Assembly (NCBI GenBank): GCA_947629745.1
Contig: CANREZ010000002.1
Coordinates: forward strand, 67,140-131,139
From: an uncultured Clostridia bacterium
GTDB taxonomy: Bacteria > Bacillota > Clostridia > Christensenellales > UBA1242
DNA length: 64,000 nt
Direction: 5' to 3'
The notes below the pieces were generated by a model that saw nothing but the letters and a program-made list of their open reading frames with translations, had not been told where the DNA came from and did no database searches. A program made the translations under genes and the position numbers. Shown in pieces: positions 41,304-51,580 of this stretch (positions are counted from its first letter, which is position 1; every line of letters begins with the position of its first letter).

Positions 41304-42950
41304 ATGCGAAACTTAAGAACACTCGTTATGATGCAGCTAAAGGACAAAATTGATTTTTCGTTCCTAAAGAGCAAGCAGAAGACAATTTTTAAAGTAGTAT
41401 TCACTATTTTGAAGTTCGCTATCATCACTGGTCTAATATATCTTGGTTTCTCACTCGTGTCGGGTATGCGACTAGTTTCACTTTTGCCTGGCATTCCAGT
41501 TGAGGTGCTAACTATCATTATCACACTTATGATGGGGCTATCGATACTAGCGTGTACATTTGGCCTCATGAAGAGCCTGTATTTCTCACTGGATAATAGA
41601 GTGCTACTCACCCTTCCTACTAGTAGACTTACTATTTTTGCATCAAAGTTACTCGTGTATTACATATATGAGATATTTAGGAATGTCACATACATCCTTC
41701 CAATATTCATAGCTTATGCAATGATAAATGGATATCCTATATACTTCTACCTATGGCTAATCCCGACATTCCTACTAATTACTGCAATTCCTGTGGTGAT
41801 AGGAGCAATGCTTAGCATCCCTGCTATGTATATCTCAAATTTTGTGAAACGTTTCAAGTGGTTGGAGTTACTGCTGCTTGCCGTTGGCGTAGGATTAGTC
41901 ACATGGCTGCTTGTCACAGTCATTGGCATCATCCCAACTAATATTGACCTAATCGGTCAGTGGGGGACAATCTTCTGGCAGATACAGGACTTCATATCAG
42001 CATTTGTCAAGGCAGCACTACCATTCTACTGGATAGTCACTAGTGTGGTTGGTGTGAAATATGGCATCAGGATAGATGTGGTGACTACACAGTCCCTATT
42101 ATATTTCCTAGGGCTTGTTGGATTCGTCCTTGTGATGATAGGGCTAATACTATTAATAGTGAGGCCACTATTCTTCCACATGATTAGCATTCCATTTGAA
42201 TTTAGAAAGAATAATGAGATAAAGGAAAAGAAGAATCACAAACTCCCAGCATTCTGGTCCGCTATTAGGAAAGAAGTGGTGCTAAGCTACAGGCAGCAGA
42301 GCAAGTTTTATAGCTTGCTTTATGTCGTGGTCGGCACACCTATTGTGATACTATTATTAAACAAAATCTATGCAGCGATGGATACTCGTATCAGTGGCAC
42401 ATATATGACAATTGCATTCAATGTGCTACTACTCTTACTCATCGTTTGTTCGTCAAATTCCTCTATGGCAAGCGTTTATTCCGAAGAAGGTGCATCATCG
42501 TATCTCATCAAAACCACGCCAAAACCATTCCTACAATCATTAGTCGCCAAGATCATTGTAAATGCAGTGGGAGTGTCAATATCTATTGGCGTGAGTGTGG
42601 GGATATTCGTGTGGTTCAGTAATATCAGCGTGGTAAATGGAATAATTATCTTCGTCATGGTGGATGCATTCTACCTAGGGCATTTACTATTCTCAGCATG
42701 CCTAGATATCATGAATCCTCAGACTGCGCAATACGCTACAACCGGTGAGGTTAGCAATAATCCAAATGAGATCAAGTCGGTGATCGTGGCACTCGCTCTA
42801 TCCAGTGTCATAGCGCTTGCTACATTCTTCTTAATTAGTGAGAATCCACTGAGTGTGTGGACGAAACTAATGTGTGTTGGCCTCGTATTCCTAGCATGGG
42901 AAATCTACAACTACGTGAGCAAAATAAACGTTTATTATAAGGAAAAGTGA
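41304..42950 (+). CDS. ABC-2-type exporter permease
   Basis: LYFSLDNRVLLTLP, SEEG...YLIKT.P; many TM helices; follows the ATPase. Confidence 0.78.
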   Translation: MRNLRTLVMMQLKDKIDFSFLKSKQKTIFKVVFTILKFAIITGLIYLGFSLVSGMRLVSLLPGIPVEVLTIIITLMMGLSILACTFGLMKSLYFSLDNRVLLTLPTSRLTIFASKLLVYYIYEIFRNVTYILPIFIAYAMINGYPIYFYLWLIPTFLLITAIPVVIGAMLSIPAMYISNFVKRFKWLELLLLAVGVGLVTWLLVTVIGIIPTNIDLIGQWGTIFWQIQDFISAFVKAALPFYWIVTSVVGVKYGIRIDVVTTQSLLYFLGLVGFVLVMIGLILLIVRPLFFHMISIPFEFRKNNEIKEKKNHKLPAFWSAIRKEVVLSYRQQSKFYSLLYVVVGTPIVILLLNKIYAAMDTRISGTYMTIAFNVLLLLLIVCSSNSSMASVYSEEGASSYLIKTTPKPFLQSLVAKIIVNAVGVSISIGVSVGIFVWFSNISVVNGIIIFVMVDAFYLGHLLFSACLDIMNPQTAQYATTGEVSNNPNEIKSVIVALALSSVIALATFFLISENPLSVWTKLMCVGLVFLAWEIYNYVSKINVYYKEK

Positions 42951-42952
42951 TT

Positions 42953-43402
42953 ATGAGGAAAGCGACTACTATGTTAATAGCCTTGGTATTCGTGGCTTCC
43001 GTTGCAGCAATCAGTTTCTTTGGAATGCGCATGAAAGTGTACAACGAAGTCATCCCAGTATCCGAGATAGTTTGTCTCAATGAAACTAGCGGGGATATCA
43101 AGGTGACAGATGGTCCTGATAATAGGACGGTCATTCAAACGAAATTTACTACCCCTGCGGACAAGACTGCTCTTAGCGGCACTATGATCCAACTCATGGT
43201 GAGGGTCCTGCCGGATAACGCTACTACTAAGGGCGTTAGATACGTCTACGATACGGAGAATCCTAATGTGGAATTTTACGAAACCGAGAGTGGGGAGCAA
43301 ACCGGACTTGTGTTATTTTATAACAAAGCCGTGATAGAAGTAAAAGTGATGTCAACCGACGGACGTCGTGTTGAGAAGAAATTGACAGTGGCAGCACTGT
43401 AA
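42953..43402 (+). CDS. Exported Ig-like (Big_2-like) protein
   Basis: N-terminal TM; VLPDNATTKGVRY, STDG motif. Confidence 0.55.
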   Translation: MRKATTMLIALVFVASVAAISFFGMRMKVYNEVIPVSEIVCLNETSGDIKVTDGPDNRTVIQTKFTTPADKTALSGTMIQLMVRVLPDNATTKGVRYVYDTENPNVEFYETESGEQTGLVLFYNKAVIEVKVMSTDGRRVEKKLTVAAL

Positions 43403-43467
43403 AATTATTTTGGTTATACTACACAAGTAACATTGTGTTTTATAATAATGTTTTCAAAAGGAGGAAA

Positions 43468-45807
43468 ATGGAAAACATGAAAAAATGCCTTACGGGAGTG
43501 TTAGCATTGCTTGTTTTATTCGTCGGGTGTTTTATCGTCAATGCATGTGGCGCTGAGGTCAAATTGTCCAACGCTTATGTAGAAGACGGCACACTAGAGA
43601 CAACTGTCGGATTGAACGAGCAAGTAGTAACAGACAACGTCGTGGCACACTTCGAGTTTAGTGATGGAATAGAAGTTGTTGCCCAAGCAAGTGTACTAAC
43701 ATTCTCCAGCGTTGATACCTCAACTGCAGGTGCTAAGACACTCAAGATTAGTTATGTCTACAATGGCATTACATTTAGTTTTGATGTATCTATTACCGTT
43801 ACCGATGAGGGTCAACAAAGTAGTAGCCTGTTGACGAATTTTTCCAGCGAGTTGTTGACAGATTACAATGCAAATAAGTCTGCTACAGGGCAGCATGATG
43901 GATTCAAGATTACCGATCGTCCATTATTTGTTGGCGACGACAATCCATTCAATTTTAGATTAGTCGCAAATGGTATTGACGAGAACGGTGACTTAGTCGT
44001 AGGCTCCGAGAACTTGACCATTGAGACCACGATGAAGGTCGAGCACAAAGTTTCTGGGGGGGGGTTCGTTGAACTCACCGGAGCCGATCTTGAAGAATAT
44101 GTAAGAATCATCACAGACACGAACGAATTAGACTTCACTCAAAAGGCAGCAAATGAAAATGCAGTATTTAGAGTAACAGTCACTGCTACAAATATTGACC
44201 CAGTGCTATTCACTGGCAATAGTAGTTTTAGCACCGAACTAACCATTGTCGATGGTTGGAATGTATATGATGCAAAGGATCTAAGTTTGTTTGATAATGT
44301 CCCTGACCACTATGGATATACTGATGTCAATGAGGGTTGGGCTGCATTGAAACAAAGTTGGGAACTAAAAGATAGCTGGAAATCACAAGGTGTCACTACA
44401 TATAAGGACGTCACTACCAACGGAATTATTTTGCAAAGTGACATAGAATTACACGATAGCGATATCCCATCTGCATATTTTGTAAGCGATAGTATCGCAA
44501 GCAGTTGGAGTAATATCCCACAGGGTCTAAATGTCGTTGGAGCCCTACGCAATAGGACCAATAGCGATGTTTATGGCAGAGAAATTGTGGATGCTTCGTT
44601 CAATATGTACGGTAATTATTTCCAAGTGGATGCTTCGAAATTATCCCGTGCAGTAACCGAAAAGGAAAATGACGGAATTAGCGCAGCTAGCCAATTCGTT
44701 GGCGTTGAGGACGATAACAATCCTGAGACTTGGGGAACAGGGCACGCACTGACGATGAGCACCGCTCTATTTGCTATTGGCCGTGGCAACAATACTTACG
44801 TAGGTCTAGAGAATACTGCAAATATCCAGGATGTTTCCTTCCTAGGTAATGCACAACGTAGCCAACAATCCAAATATTCCGGTGGAATTTCCGGACTAAA
44901 GACTTATGGACTCACCGCAACTTGGGATAATATCATATATCAAGATTTCTACAATGGATTTAATGTTACTGAAATTAGGAACAATGGACACTACGAACTC
45001 ACTAATTCAAAAGGTTTCAATTGCTATTCCATGCTCATCTTCTGCTGGGGCAGCAATGACCTAGTAGTCGAGAACTGCGAATTGAAGGGTGCAGGTGGCC
45101 CAGTGTTAGTTGCTGACCACACCACAGATGGCACAGGAGGAGTTGAGTATAATCCAGAGACTGGTGCGGGTGGACAACCTGTTCATGTCAATTTCATCAA
45201 TTGTGATCTTGAGAGTCTTGTTGATGGCAAGGAGCCATGGTTTGTTACATATGGAGCACAAGACATCGTCACTAAATTAAAAACTAGCATAGGTCAATTA
45301 TTGGGCAAAGCTCAATTATTCCAAACTAATCAAGCCTTACAGTATTTGTATCCAGAAATTTCTACTTTACCACAAAAAACTGCAACCAAAAAGGTTGATG
45401 GTTATGAAGGTGACTATCTGAATGCAATTGCATTCTTTATGAAAGACGGTGCAGTTGAGTTAACAAGTCTTGTCAATTTAAGAGGATATGTAAGGGTATT
45501 TAATAGTAGAACTGAATATGAGGCATATTATGATGCTGAAGATCCAGTAAAGAATAACTATGGACTAGATATGGAAGAAGATTTAACTATTAAAAATTAT
45601 GTCCAATCTAATCACAACTACTACTTCCAATCCAATACAGGTGGCTATGTGTCTTCTGCATTTGATGGAACTAATGCAGCTGATACCACAGTAACAAATC
45701 TTTCACAAGGTAAATTCTATTTCTATGGTGACCTGCTAAATATCTATATGGGTAATGGCATGGGAGCTATTATCAGCATGTGGGACGCACAAGTCCAAGC
45801 CGGCTAG
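43468..45807 (+). CDS. Large lipoprotein with Ig-like domain and beta-helical region
   Basis: AGGAGG RBS; VNAC lipobox; VDTSTAGAKT.KISY (Big_3-like); in-frame G9 at 44056-44064. Confidence 0.7.
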   Translation: MENMKKCLTGVLALLVLFVGCFIVNACGAEVKLSNAYVEDGTLETTVGLNEQVVTDNVVAHFEFSDGIEVVAQASVLTFSSVDTSTAGAKTLKISYVYNGITFSFDVSITVTDEGQQSSSLLTNFSSELLTDYNANKSATGQHDGFKITDRPLFVGDDNPFNFRLVANGIDENGDLVVGSENLTIETTMKVEHKVSGGGFVELTGADLEEYVRIITDTNELDFTQKAANENAVFRVTVTATNIDPVLFTGNSSFSTELTIVDGWNVYDAKDLSLFDNVPDHYGYTDVNEGWAALKQSWELKDSWKSQGVTTYKDVTTNGIILQSDIELHDSDIPSAYFVSDSIASSWSNIPQGLNVVGALRNRTNSDVYGREIVDASFNMYGNYFQVDASKLSRAVTEKENDGISAASQFVGVEDDNNPETWGTGHALTMSTALFAIGRGNNTYVGLENTANIQDVSFLGNAQRSQQSKYSGGISGLKTYGLTATWDNIIYQDFYNGFNVTEIRNNGHYELTNSKGFNCYSMLIFCWGSNDLVVENCELKGAGGPVLVADHTTDGTGGVEYNPETGAGGQPVHVNFINCDLESLVDGKEPWFVTYGAQDIVTKLKTSIGQLLGKAQLFQTNQALQYLYPEISTLPQKTATKKVDGYEGDYLNAIAFFMKDGAVELTSLVNLRGYVRVFNSRTEYEAYYDAEDPVKNNYGLDMEEDLTIKNYVQSNHNYYFQSNTGGYVSSAFDGTNAADTTVTNLSQGKFYFYGDLLNIYMGNGMGAIISMWDAQVQAG

Positions 45808-45901
45808 ATATAACTACAAGATAGAATGTGACATATCTCAAAATTATTAGTAAAAATGTGAGATATAAATTCCATGCAGGAAAACACATTTAATAAATAA
45901 A

Positions 45902-45979
45902 CAAAAAAAAAGAAGCAAGCAATTGCTTCTTTTTTTTGTTTGTATTAAAAGCATCTAGTAGCCCTAGATGCTTTTAATA
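45902..45979. terminator. Two adjacent terminator hairpins
   Basis: aaaagaagcaa-gcaa-ttgcttctttt and attaaaagcatctag-tagcc-ctagatgcttttaat. Confidence 0.7.
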
Positions 45980-46078
45980 TTTATGAGGATAAATTATCCC
46001 ATATATAGATAGATGTAATTAATAAAATTATCTCATGCTCACATATTAAATATTTTCGTCCAGAGGCCGTGTTAAGAA

Positions 46079-46216
46079 AGAGCGTGGTTCTCGGGATGTT
46101 TGTGTGATAACACAAATCCGGGGACCCGAGCGTCCCAAACCGTCTCGAAGAGACTGGTTGGGGGTTCGCTGCAAGATATTGCAGGGTGTGCGGATAGCAC
46201 ACAGACTCCCTCTGGG
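46079..46216. repeat. Structured inverted echo of tRNA-Arg with five inserted hairpins
   Basis: ggttgggggttcg (46156-46168) and actccctctgg (46205-46215) equal the tRNA T-arm/acceptor, split by [ctgcaa-gata-ttgcag]g[gtgtgc-ggata-gcacac]ag. Confidence 0.85.
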
Positions 46217-46242
46217 ATAAGTGAAGTTTTTTGATAAAAAAA

Positions 46243-46319
46243 TGGTGCGTCCAGAGGGAGTCGAACCCCCAACCTTTGGTTCCGTAGACCAACGCTCTAT
46301 CCAATTGAGCTATGAACGC
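46243..46319 (-). tRNA. tRNA-Arg(ACG)
   Basis: gcgttcatagctc...ttggt-ctACGga-accaa...gttcgact...tggacgcacca. Confidence 0.95.
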
Positions 46320-46499
46320 ACGCAAATATTTATTAACTATTAGACTATATACCAACATGACCTAATTGTCAAGTAAATATTTTTCATAACGCAAAAATTA
46401 TTCAGCAATTGTGCTAGCCCTAACTAAATTTCGCGTCAAAACTATTGACTAGGGAAATTGTTTTGCTTAAAATTAAAGAAAGGTAAAAGGGTGAGCATA

Positions 46500-48086
46500 A
46501 TGCAGAAGATTACAAGTGTTGCAAAGAAATTGAATTTATCTAGGTCAAATCTAGTCCTCTATGGGGATTATATGGCAAAGATAAAGGGCGTAAATGGCCC
46601 AAAATCGGGCAAACTGATACTAGTTAGTGCAATCACCCCAACTACATCAGGCGAGGGCAAGACGACCGTCTCAATCGGTCTAGCAGATGCCATGAATTAC
46701 ATTGGCTACAATACTTGCCTTGCACTGCGTGAGCCGAGCCTAGGACCAGTATTTGGCATGAAAGGTGGAGCGTGCGGTGGAGGAAAATCCGAGATACTGC
46801 CTAGTGTGGATATCAATCTACACTTCACAGGAGATCTGCACGCAATAACTAGTGCGAATAATCTACTCTGTGCGATGATAGACAATTCAATATTCCAGGG
46901 AAACGCTCTAGATATTGACCCAAAGCGCGTTGTGTTCCATAGGTGCCTAGATATGAATGACCGAGCACTAAGGCAGGTGGAGATATCTAGAGAGAAGCTA
47001 AAATCCCAGTCACCAAGGGCGGAAGAATTCGTCATCACCGCTGCTAGTGAGATAATGGCGCTGATGTGCCTATCCCGTGACTTTGATGACCTAAAGAGGA
47101 GACTTGGAAATATCCTAGTCGCGTACTCAAGGAGTGGCAAACCTATTTTTGCTCGTGACCTTGGGGCAAATGAAGCCATGGCAGTGCTGCTATATAATGC
47201 ACTTATGCCAAATTTAGTCCAAACAGGTTATGGCAATCCAGCAATTGTTCACTTAGGACCATTTGCTAATATTGCTCATGGATGCAATTCGGTGGTTGCG
47301 ACCAAACTTGCGCTATCGCTTTCCGACTACGTTGTCACTGAGGCTGGTTTTGGGGCTGACCTTGGCGGGGAGAAGTTCCTCGATGTCAAGTGCAGGACAA
47401 ATGATTTAGCTCCAGACTGTGTGGTGATTGTTGCTACTATCAAGGCGCTAAAATTGCACGGGAATGGAGATATTGATGCAGGTTTTTGTAATCTAGAGAA
47501 GCACATATCCAATTTTAAAGATATATACAATAGACGAGTGGTTGTAGCACTAAATATTTTCGCTGGTGACACAGACGAGGAGATAGCGCGTGTTGTAAGA
47601 CTCACGAAGGCTCTTGGTGTCGAGGCTATTCCATGCAGTCCATATATCTTGGGTAGAAGTGGTTGTGTGGACCTAGCACGTGCTGTGCATGAGATTGTGT
47701 CAAAGAGGCCAAATAGGATGCACTATCCATATGATCTAGATGATAGCTTACGTGTAAAGATAGAGAAACTCGCAAAGTCTGTCTATGGCGCAGGGCAGGT
47801 CATATTTAGCGATGAGGCGAATGAGAATATTAAGGCAATTGGCCGAATGCAAAAGGGTCTGCCAATAGTCGTGGCGAAGACGCAGTACAGCTTAAGTGAT
47901 GATGCGAAGAAACTTGGCGCGCCAAAAGGTTTTGACTTCCACGTCCGCCGAATAGAGATTAAGTGTGGTGCGGAATTTATTGTGGTTGAGGCAGGGAATA
48001 TTTCCCTCATGCCGGGGCTTAGCAAAGTGCCAAATGCCGTGAAGATGTCAATAGATAAATTTGGCACGGTAAAAAATCTAAAATAA
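46500..48086 (+). CDS. fhs: Formate--tetrahydrofolate ligase
   Basis: TPTTSGEGKTT, REPSLGPVFGMKGGACGGG, GPFANIAHGCNS, KTQYSLSDD. Confidence 0.96.
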   Translation: MQKITSVAKKLNLSRSNLVLYGDYMAKIKGVNGPKSGKLILVSAITPTTSGEGKTTVSIGLADAMNYIGYNTCLALREPSLGPVFGMKGGACGGGKSEILPSVDINLHFTGDLHAITSANNLLCAMIDNSIFQGNALDIDPKRVVFHRCLDMNDRALRQVEISREKLKSQSPRAEEFVITAASEIMALMCLSRDFDDLKRRLGNILVAYSRSGKPIFARDLGANEAMAVLLYNALMPNLVQTGYGNPAIVHLGPFANIAHGCNSVVATKLALSLSDYVVTEAGFGADLGGEKFLDVKCRTNDLAPDCVVIVATIKALKLHGNGDIDAGFCNLEKHISNFKDIYNRRVVVALNIFAGDTDEEIARVVRLTKALGVEAIPCSPYILGRSGCVDLARAVHEIVSKRPNRMHYPYDLDDSLRVKIEKLAKSVYGAGQVIFSDEANENIKAIGRMQKGLPIVVAKTQYSLSDDAKKLGAPKGFDFHVRRIEIKCGAEFIVVEAGNISLMPGLSKVPNAVKMSIDKFGTVKNLK

Positions 48087-48142
48087 GAGATATATACATT
48101 GTAAAACGGATTTTATTTGTCAAAAATATTTTAGAGGGACAT

Positions 48143-48829
48143 ATGAAATCTAGGATTGCAATGTATATATTTTTTTCTATTCTATGCGTAGTTGGGATAG
48201 CGCTGTATATGGTTCGTCCTGACTTTCCATTCTTTAATGTGACCATGAGCGCAGGAGCAGGACTAATTGGGGCAATATTTGTGGCTGTCAGCCTCGAGGC
48301 AATCAATGGCTATGAGAAGCGTAGATACACCCTCTTTGTTCAAAAAGAGATATTATCCGGAGCGCGCAGTGTGTTAAAGAATTTTTACTGGGTAGTATTC
48401 AAAATGTTCCTAAAATATGACATGGATATACCTAGTCCTTGCAGTCTAGATGAGGAGACGGATATAGGAGGAATTTTTGCCGAGATTAGACGTCATATTG
48501 GGGAGAACGCGGAGATTGACGGGCAAATACTCAGCAAAATTACTGCCAAGGTGGATGACTGCATTGACGCCTTCGATAGGCTAAATTCCACTATTCACAA
48601 GAATATGGCAGTGTATGTGGCAGGAGGGATACTCACTGAGGGTGAGATAGTGTATCTATCTAGTATACATGAAGAGCTAAGGGAAGTGGACGCCAGTAGC
48701 AACATGACAGAGCTACTAGATAACCTCATTCGCCTGTACGACTTAATCTCAAAAAGCGAAGTGCTAAGGGTGCAGGTGGCAGACATTCTTTGCAAGCAAT
48801 ATAGCACAAAAAAGTCCTCAAATATTTGA
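48143..48829 (+). CDS. Hypothetical protein, two N-terminal TMs
   Basis: GAGG RBS; 228-aa ORF; terminator overlaps the stop. Confidence 0.6.
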   Translation: MKSRIAMYIFFSILCVVGIALYMVRPDFPFFNVTMSAGAGLIGAIFVAVSLEAINGYEKRRYTLFVQKEILSGARSVLKNFYWVVFKMFLKYDMDIPSPCSLDEETDIGGIFAEIRRHIGENAEIDGQILSKITAKVDDCIDAFDRLNSTIHKNMAVYVAGGILTEGEIVYLSSIHEELREVDASSNMTELLDNLIRLYDLISKSEVLRVQVADILCKQYSTKKSSNI

Positions 48830-48862
48830 GGACTATTTTTTCAATTACTGTGCTAATGGATA

Positions 48863-49450
48863 TCATTCTTGGTCTTTTGTAATGATACAGGCTATCATTT
48901 GACCGGTAGCCAGCATAGCCATGATGGTGGAGACTAACATATTCACACTAAATGGTGAGGCTATGCCTACTGCGTTTTGTAATAATTCATTTAGGATGAA
49001 TCCTGTAAGGGTCATGACAGCAAGAATTGAAACGAATACAATTGATGGGATGATGCAGGAGTTAAAGAATATCTCTAGTATATTGAATATTATAGACAAC
49101 AGTGCAAATAACCATATAATTATGGTGAATACTATACACAGGATGTATCTCATATTTTGGGTCTTTAGTATCTGCATTCCCACTAATTTTGCGGCCTGCT
49201 TGTGATTGCCTTCATCCTTTAATCTAGTAATATCTTCCTCAAATGATTCGCTCGATCTTCCCACATTCGCTAGCATATCTATAGCGCTAACATGGACTGT
49301 CACGTCGGTCACTTCTGCATCAGCTGTTGTCTGGTACTTAATATTCATCTTGATGCATGGCAAGAATGTGAATACTACGAGAATGCACACAAATATTGTG
49401 CTTAGTATCGACATGATGATAGATGTCTTAGAATAAACTTTTTCTTCCAT
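48863..49450 (-). CDS. Hypothetical 4-TM membrane protein
   Basis: AGGAG RBS; hydrophobic segments. Confidence 0.6.
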   Translation of the reverse strand: MEEKVYSKTSIIMSILSTIFVCILVVFTFLPCIKMNIKYQTTADAEVTDVTVHVSAIDMLANVGRSSESFEEDITRLKDEGNHKQAAKLVGMQILKTQNMRYILCIVFTIIIWLFALLSIIFNILEIFFNSCIIPSIVFVSILAVMTLTGFILNELLQNAVGIASPFSVNMLVSTIMAMLATGQMIACIITKDQE

Positions 49451-49499
49451 AAACACTCCTTATTACATGATAACATTTTTTATCTTTTTTGCAAAACAT

Positions 49500-51269
49500 T
49501 TATGCGTCTATGGTGCTTTCCTCTTTGCTCTCTGGCATCAGCAGGGTGGAGATGGATATATCGTCATGGATATAAGTATCCACTATTGTGCCGTTATCGA
49601 TGAAGTAGGAGACCTTGGCCATCACTTTGTACTTCGGGTCATGGGTGAAGAATATCACACTCTTTGTGAGGCTAATATTGTGAATTGCGCGGATAATTCT
49701 ATTGTAGTCATGGTTGGTGATGGAATTTGGCAATTCATATATCATAAGAGTCTTGCAATCAGTCAGATAGCATCTAGCGAGTCCCAACATAAATTTTAGC
49801 CCACGGGAGAGCAAGTCATCTATCTTGTGATCGAATCCATCAGGCAGGTCAGCTATTTCGTCGAATATATCTAGCATTTTGCAGCAAGCAAAGACTTTCT
49901 CCTTATTATGGCACACTGACATGAGATTTTCCATAATCGTACCGGTCGTAAATGCTGGACTAGATACGCAGTAATATATCTCTTCTTTGAAATTTTTTGA
50001 ACTGTACTCCAGTATATTTATGTTATTTAATAACACCACGCCATGGTCAGGGGAGATCTTGCGCCTTAGCATATTGAATATCAGCCTCTTGCCACAACGC
50101 TTGCCACCTATTATACAATTGACACTGTCATTAGCGAATGTCAGGTCGACGTCGTTTAATTTGCCTATGTAGGGACTATACTTTGTGTCGTTATTGTAAC
50201 TCACAGCGATGAGACTTAGGCTTTGTCTATCACCTTCCCAAACATTGCCTTGTAATTCGGCCGAATTGATGTTGCCAAAGCGCGTCAGTTGCTCATCGGT
50301 AAAGTCAAGAATAGTCTGCACACGATTGAGTGATACTTTTAGCTCGGATCTAGCAAGCGTGATTTCAAAGACATTATTCATATTCTCTGCCACAGTTAGG
50401 AAATACGGCACGACGATGAGATACAACTCTAGTGGAATTGTCCTATTGGATACGAAGAATATCATAAGGGCAGTGAGCAACATTGCTCCACCTCCCCATA
50501 TTGCATAAAACCAACTATCCTTGAAACCTTTTGCATAATAATACTTTGATGCAGCCCTGCACCAATCATCACAAGATGCTGAGTATTTATTTAGATATTC
50601 ATCTTGAGAGTTAAATTCGTTAATGACATCCTTGTCACTCATTATCTGTTGAGCAATTGTCATCTGTATGTCTTTGGCTTCAGACTTGGCTTTTGTGCCA
50701 CGAGCCATCCAGTTATTGACACTACGTAGCACTAAGATATTTATTATACATAATCCTAGCAATGCTAGCGCGACATAGACATTTGCACGCCAAACGACTG
50801 CGACCGACACTACGGCTTGTATGAGTAGCGAGATCCTCTTAGATAATTCGTCGATGTAGTTTGCTATAGTATTGACATCGTTTTGAATAATGTTTAAGAT
50901 TTTCTCACGACTAGTCTTTTCGAAGTTTGTAGCGTTAGCGTTTAGCAGTTTCTTTATAATCTTGTTTTGCACATTGTTGAATATCGGACCATATTGCAGA
51001 TTGTATGCCCAGTAATTAGCAAAGTCAAATGCTTGCCTTAGTATCATAAGGGAAAATTGGATAAGCAGATTGACGTATGCATCAGTGAAGTTACCTGTGT
51101 TTATTCCAGTATACAATCCCACAGTGACTCTTGCAGCAAAGACCACATCAATAGCCTTTAGCACATAATATCCAATGCTTGTGAATAGCAGCAGTGCCGT
51201 TAGCCACCAATTAGGATTTGCTAATTTTATATATTTAGAAAATAAATATTGTTTTTTTGCCTTTTTCAT
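49500..51269 (-). CDS. ABC exporter half-transporter (TMD+NBD) with a degenerate ATPase site
   Basis: ABC_membrane-like N-half; Walker A GGKRCGKR, signature LSRGL, Walker B MIYE. Confidence 0.82.
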   Translation of the reverse strand: MKKAKKQYLFSKYIKLANPNWWLTALLLFTSIGYYVLKAIDVVFAARVTVGLYTGINTGNFTDAYVNLLIQFSLMILRQAFDFANYWAYNLQYGPIFNNVQNKIIKKLLNANATNFEKTSREKILNIIQNDVNTIANYIDELSKRISLLIQAVVSVAVVWRANVYVALALLGLCIINILVLRSVNNWMARGTKAKSEAKDIQMTIAQQIMSDKDVINEFNSQDEYLNKYSASCDDWCRAASKYYYAKGFKDSWFYAIWGGGAMLLTALMIFFVSNRTIPLELYLIVVPYFLTVAENMNNVFEITLARSELKVSLNRVQTILDFTDEQLTRFGNINSAELQGNVWEGDRQSLSLIAVSYNNDTKYSPYIGKLNDVDLTFANDSVNCIIGGKRCGKRLIFNMLRRKISPDHGVVLLNNINILEYSSKNFKEEIYYCVSSPAFTTGTIMENLMSVCHNKEKVFACCKMLDIFDEIADLPDGFDHKIDDLLSRGLKFMLGLARCYLTDCKTLMIYELPNSITNHDYNRIIRAIHNISLTKSVIFFTHDPKYKVMAKVSYFIDNGTIVDTYIHDDISISTLLMPESKEESTIDA

Positions 51270-51393
51270 ACATTTATTGTAGCATAAGAAAATATATTTT
51301 CAAAAGATTTGACACGAATTGAATTATTTTAGATAATAATTATAGCAAATTATTGACACTAAAAGTTTTTTTTGCTACACTACTATTGCATTT

Positions 51394-51484
51394 GGAGAGA
51401 TACTCAAGAGGTCCAAGAGGGCACCCTGCTAAGGTGTTAGTGCGGGCAACTGCAGCGCGAGTTCAAATCTCGCTCTCTCCGCCA
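51394..51484 (+). tRNA. tRNA-Ser(GCT)
   Basis: ggagagatactcaag...gcacc-ctGCTaa-ggtgt, long variable arm, gttcaaat...ctctccgcca; terminator at 51488-51516. Confidence 0.95.
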
Positions 51485-51580
51485 ATCAAAACTGATAAGG
51501 TGTTCTTATCAGTTTTTCTTTTTTACAAGAATGTTTTGGAATTTGTTTTGAAATATGATATGATAAGAAAGGAGCACAAA

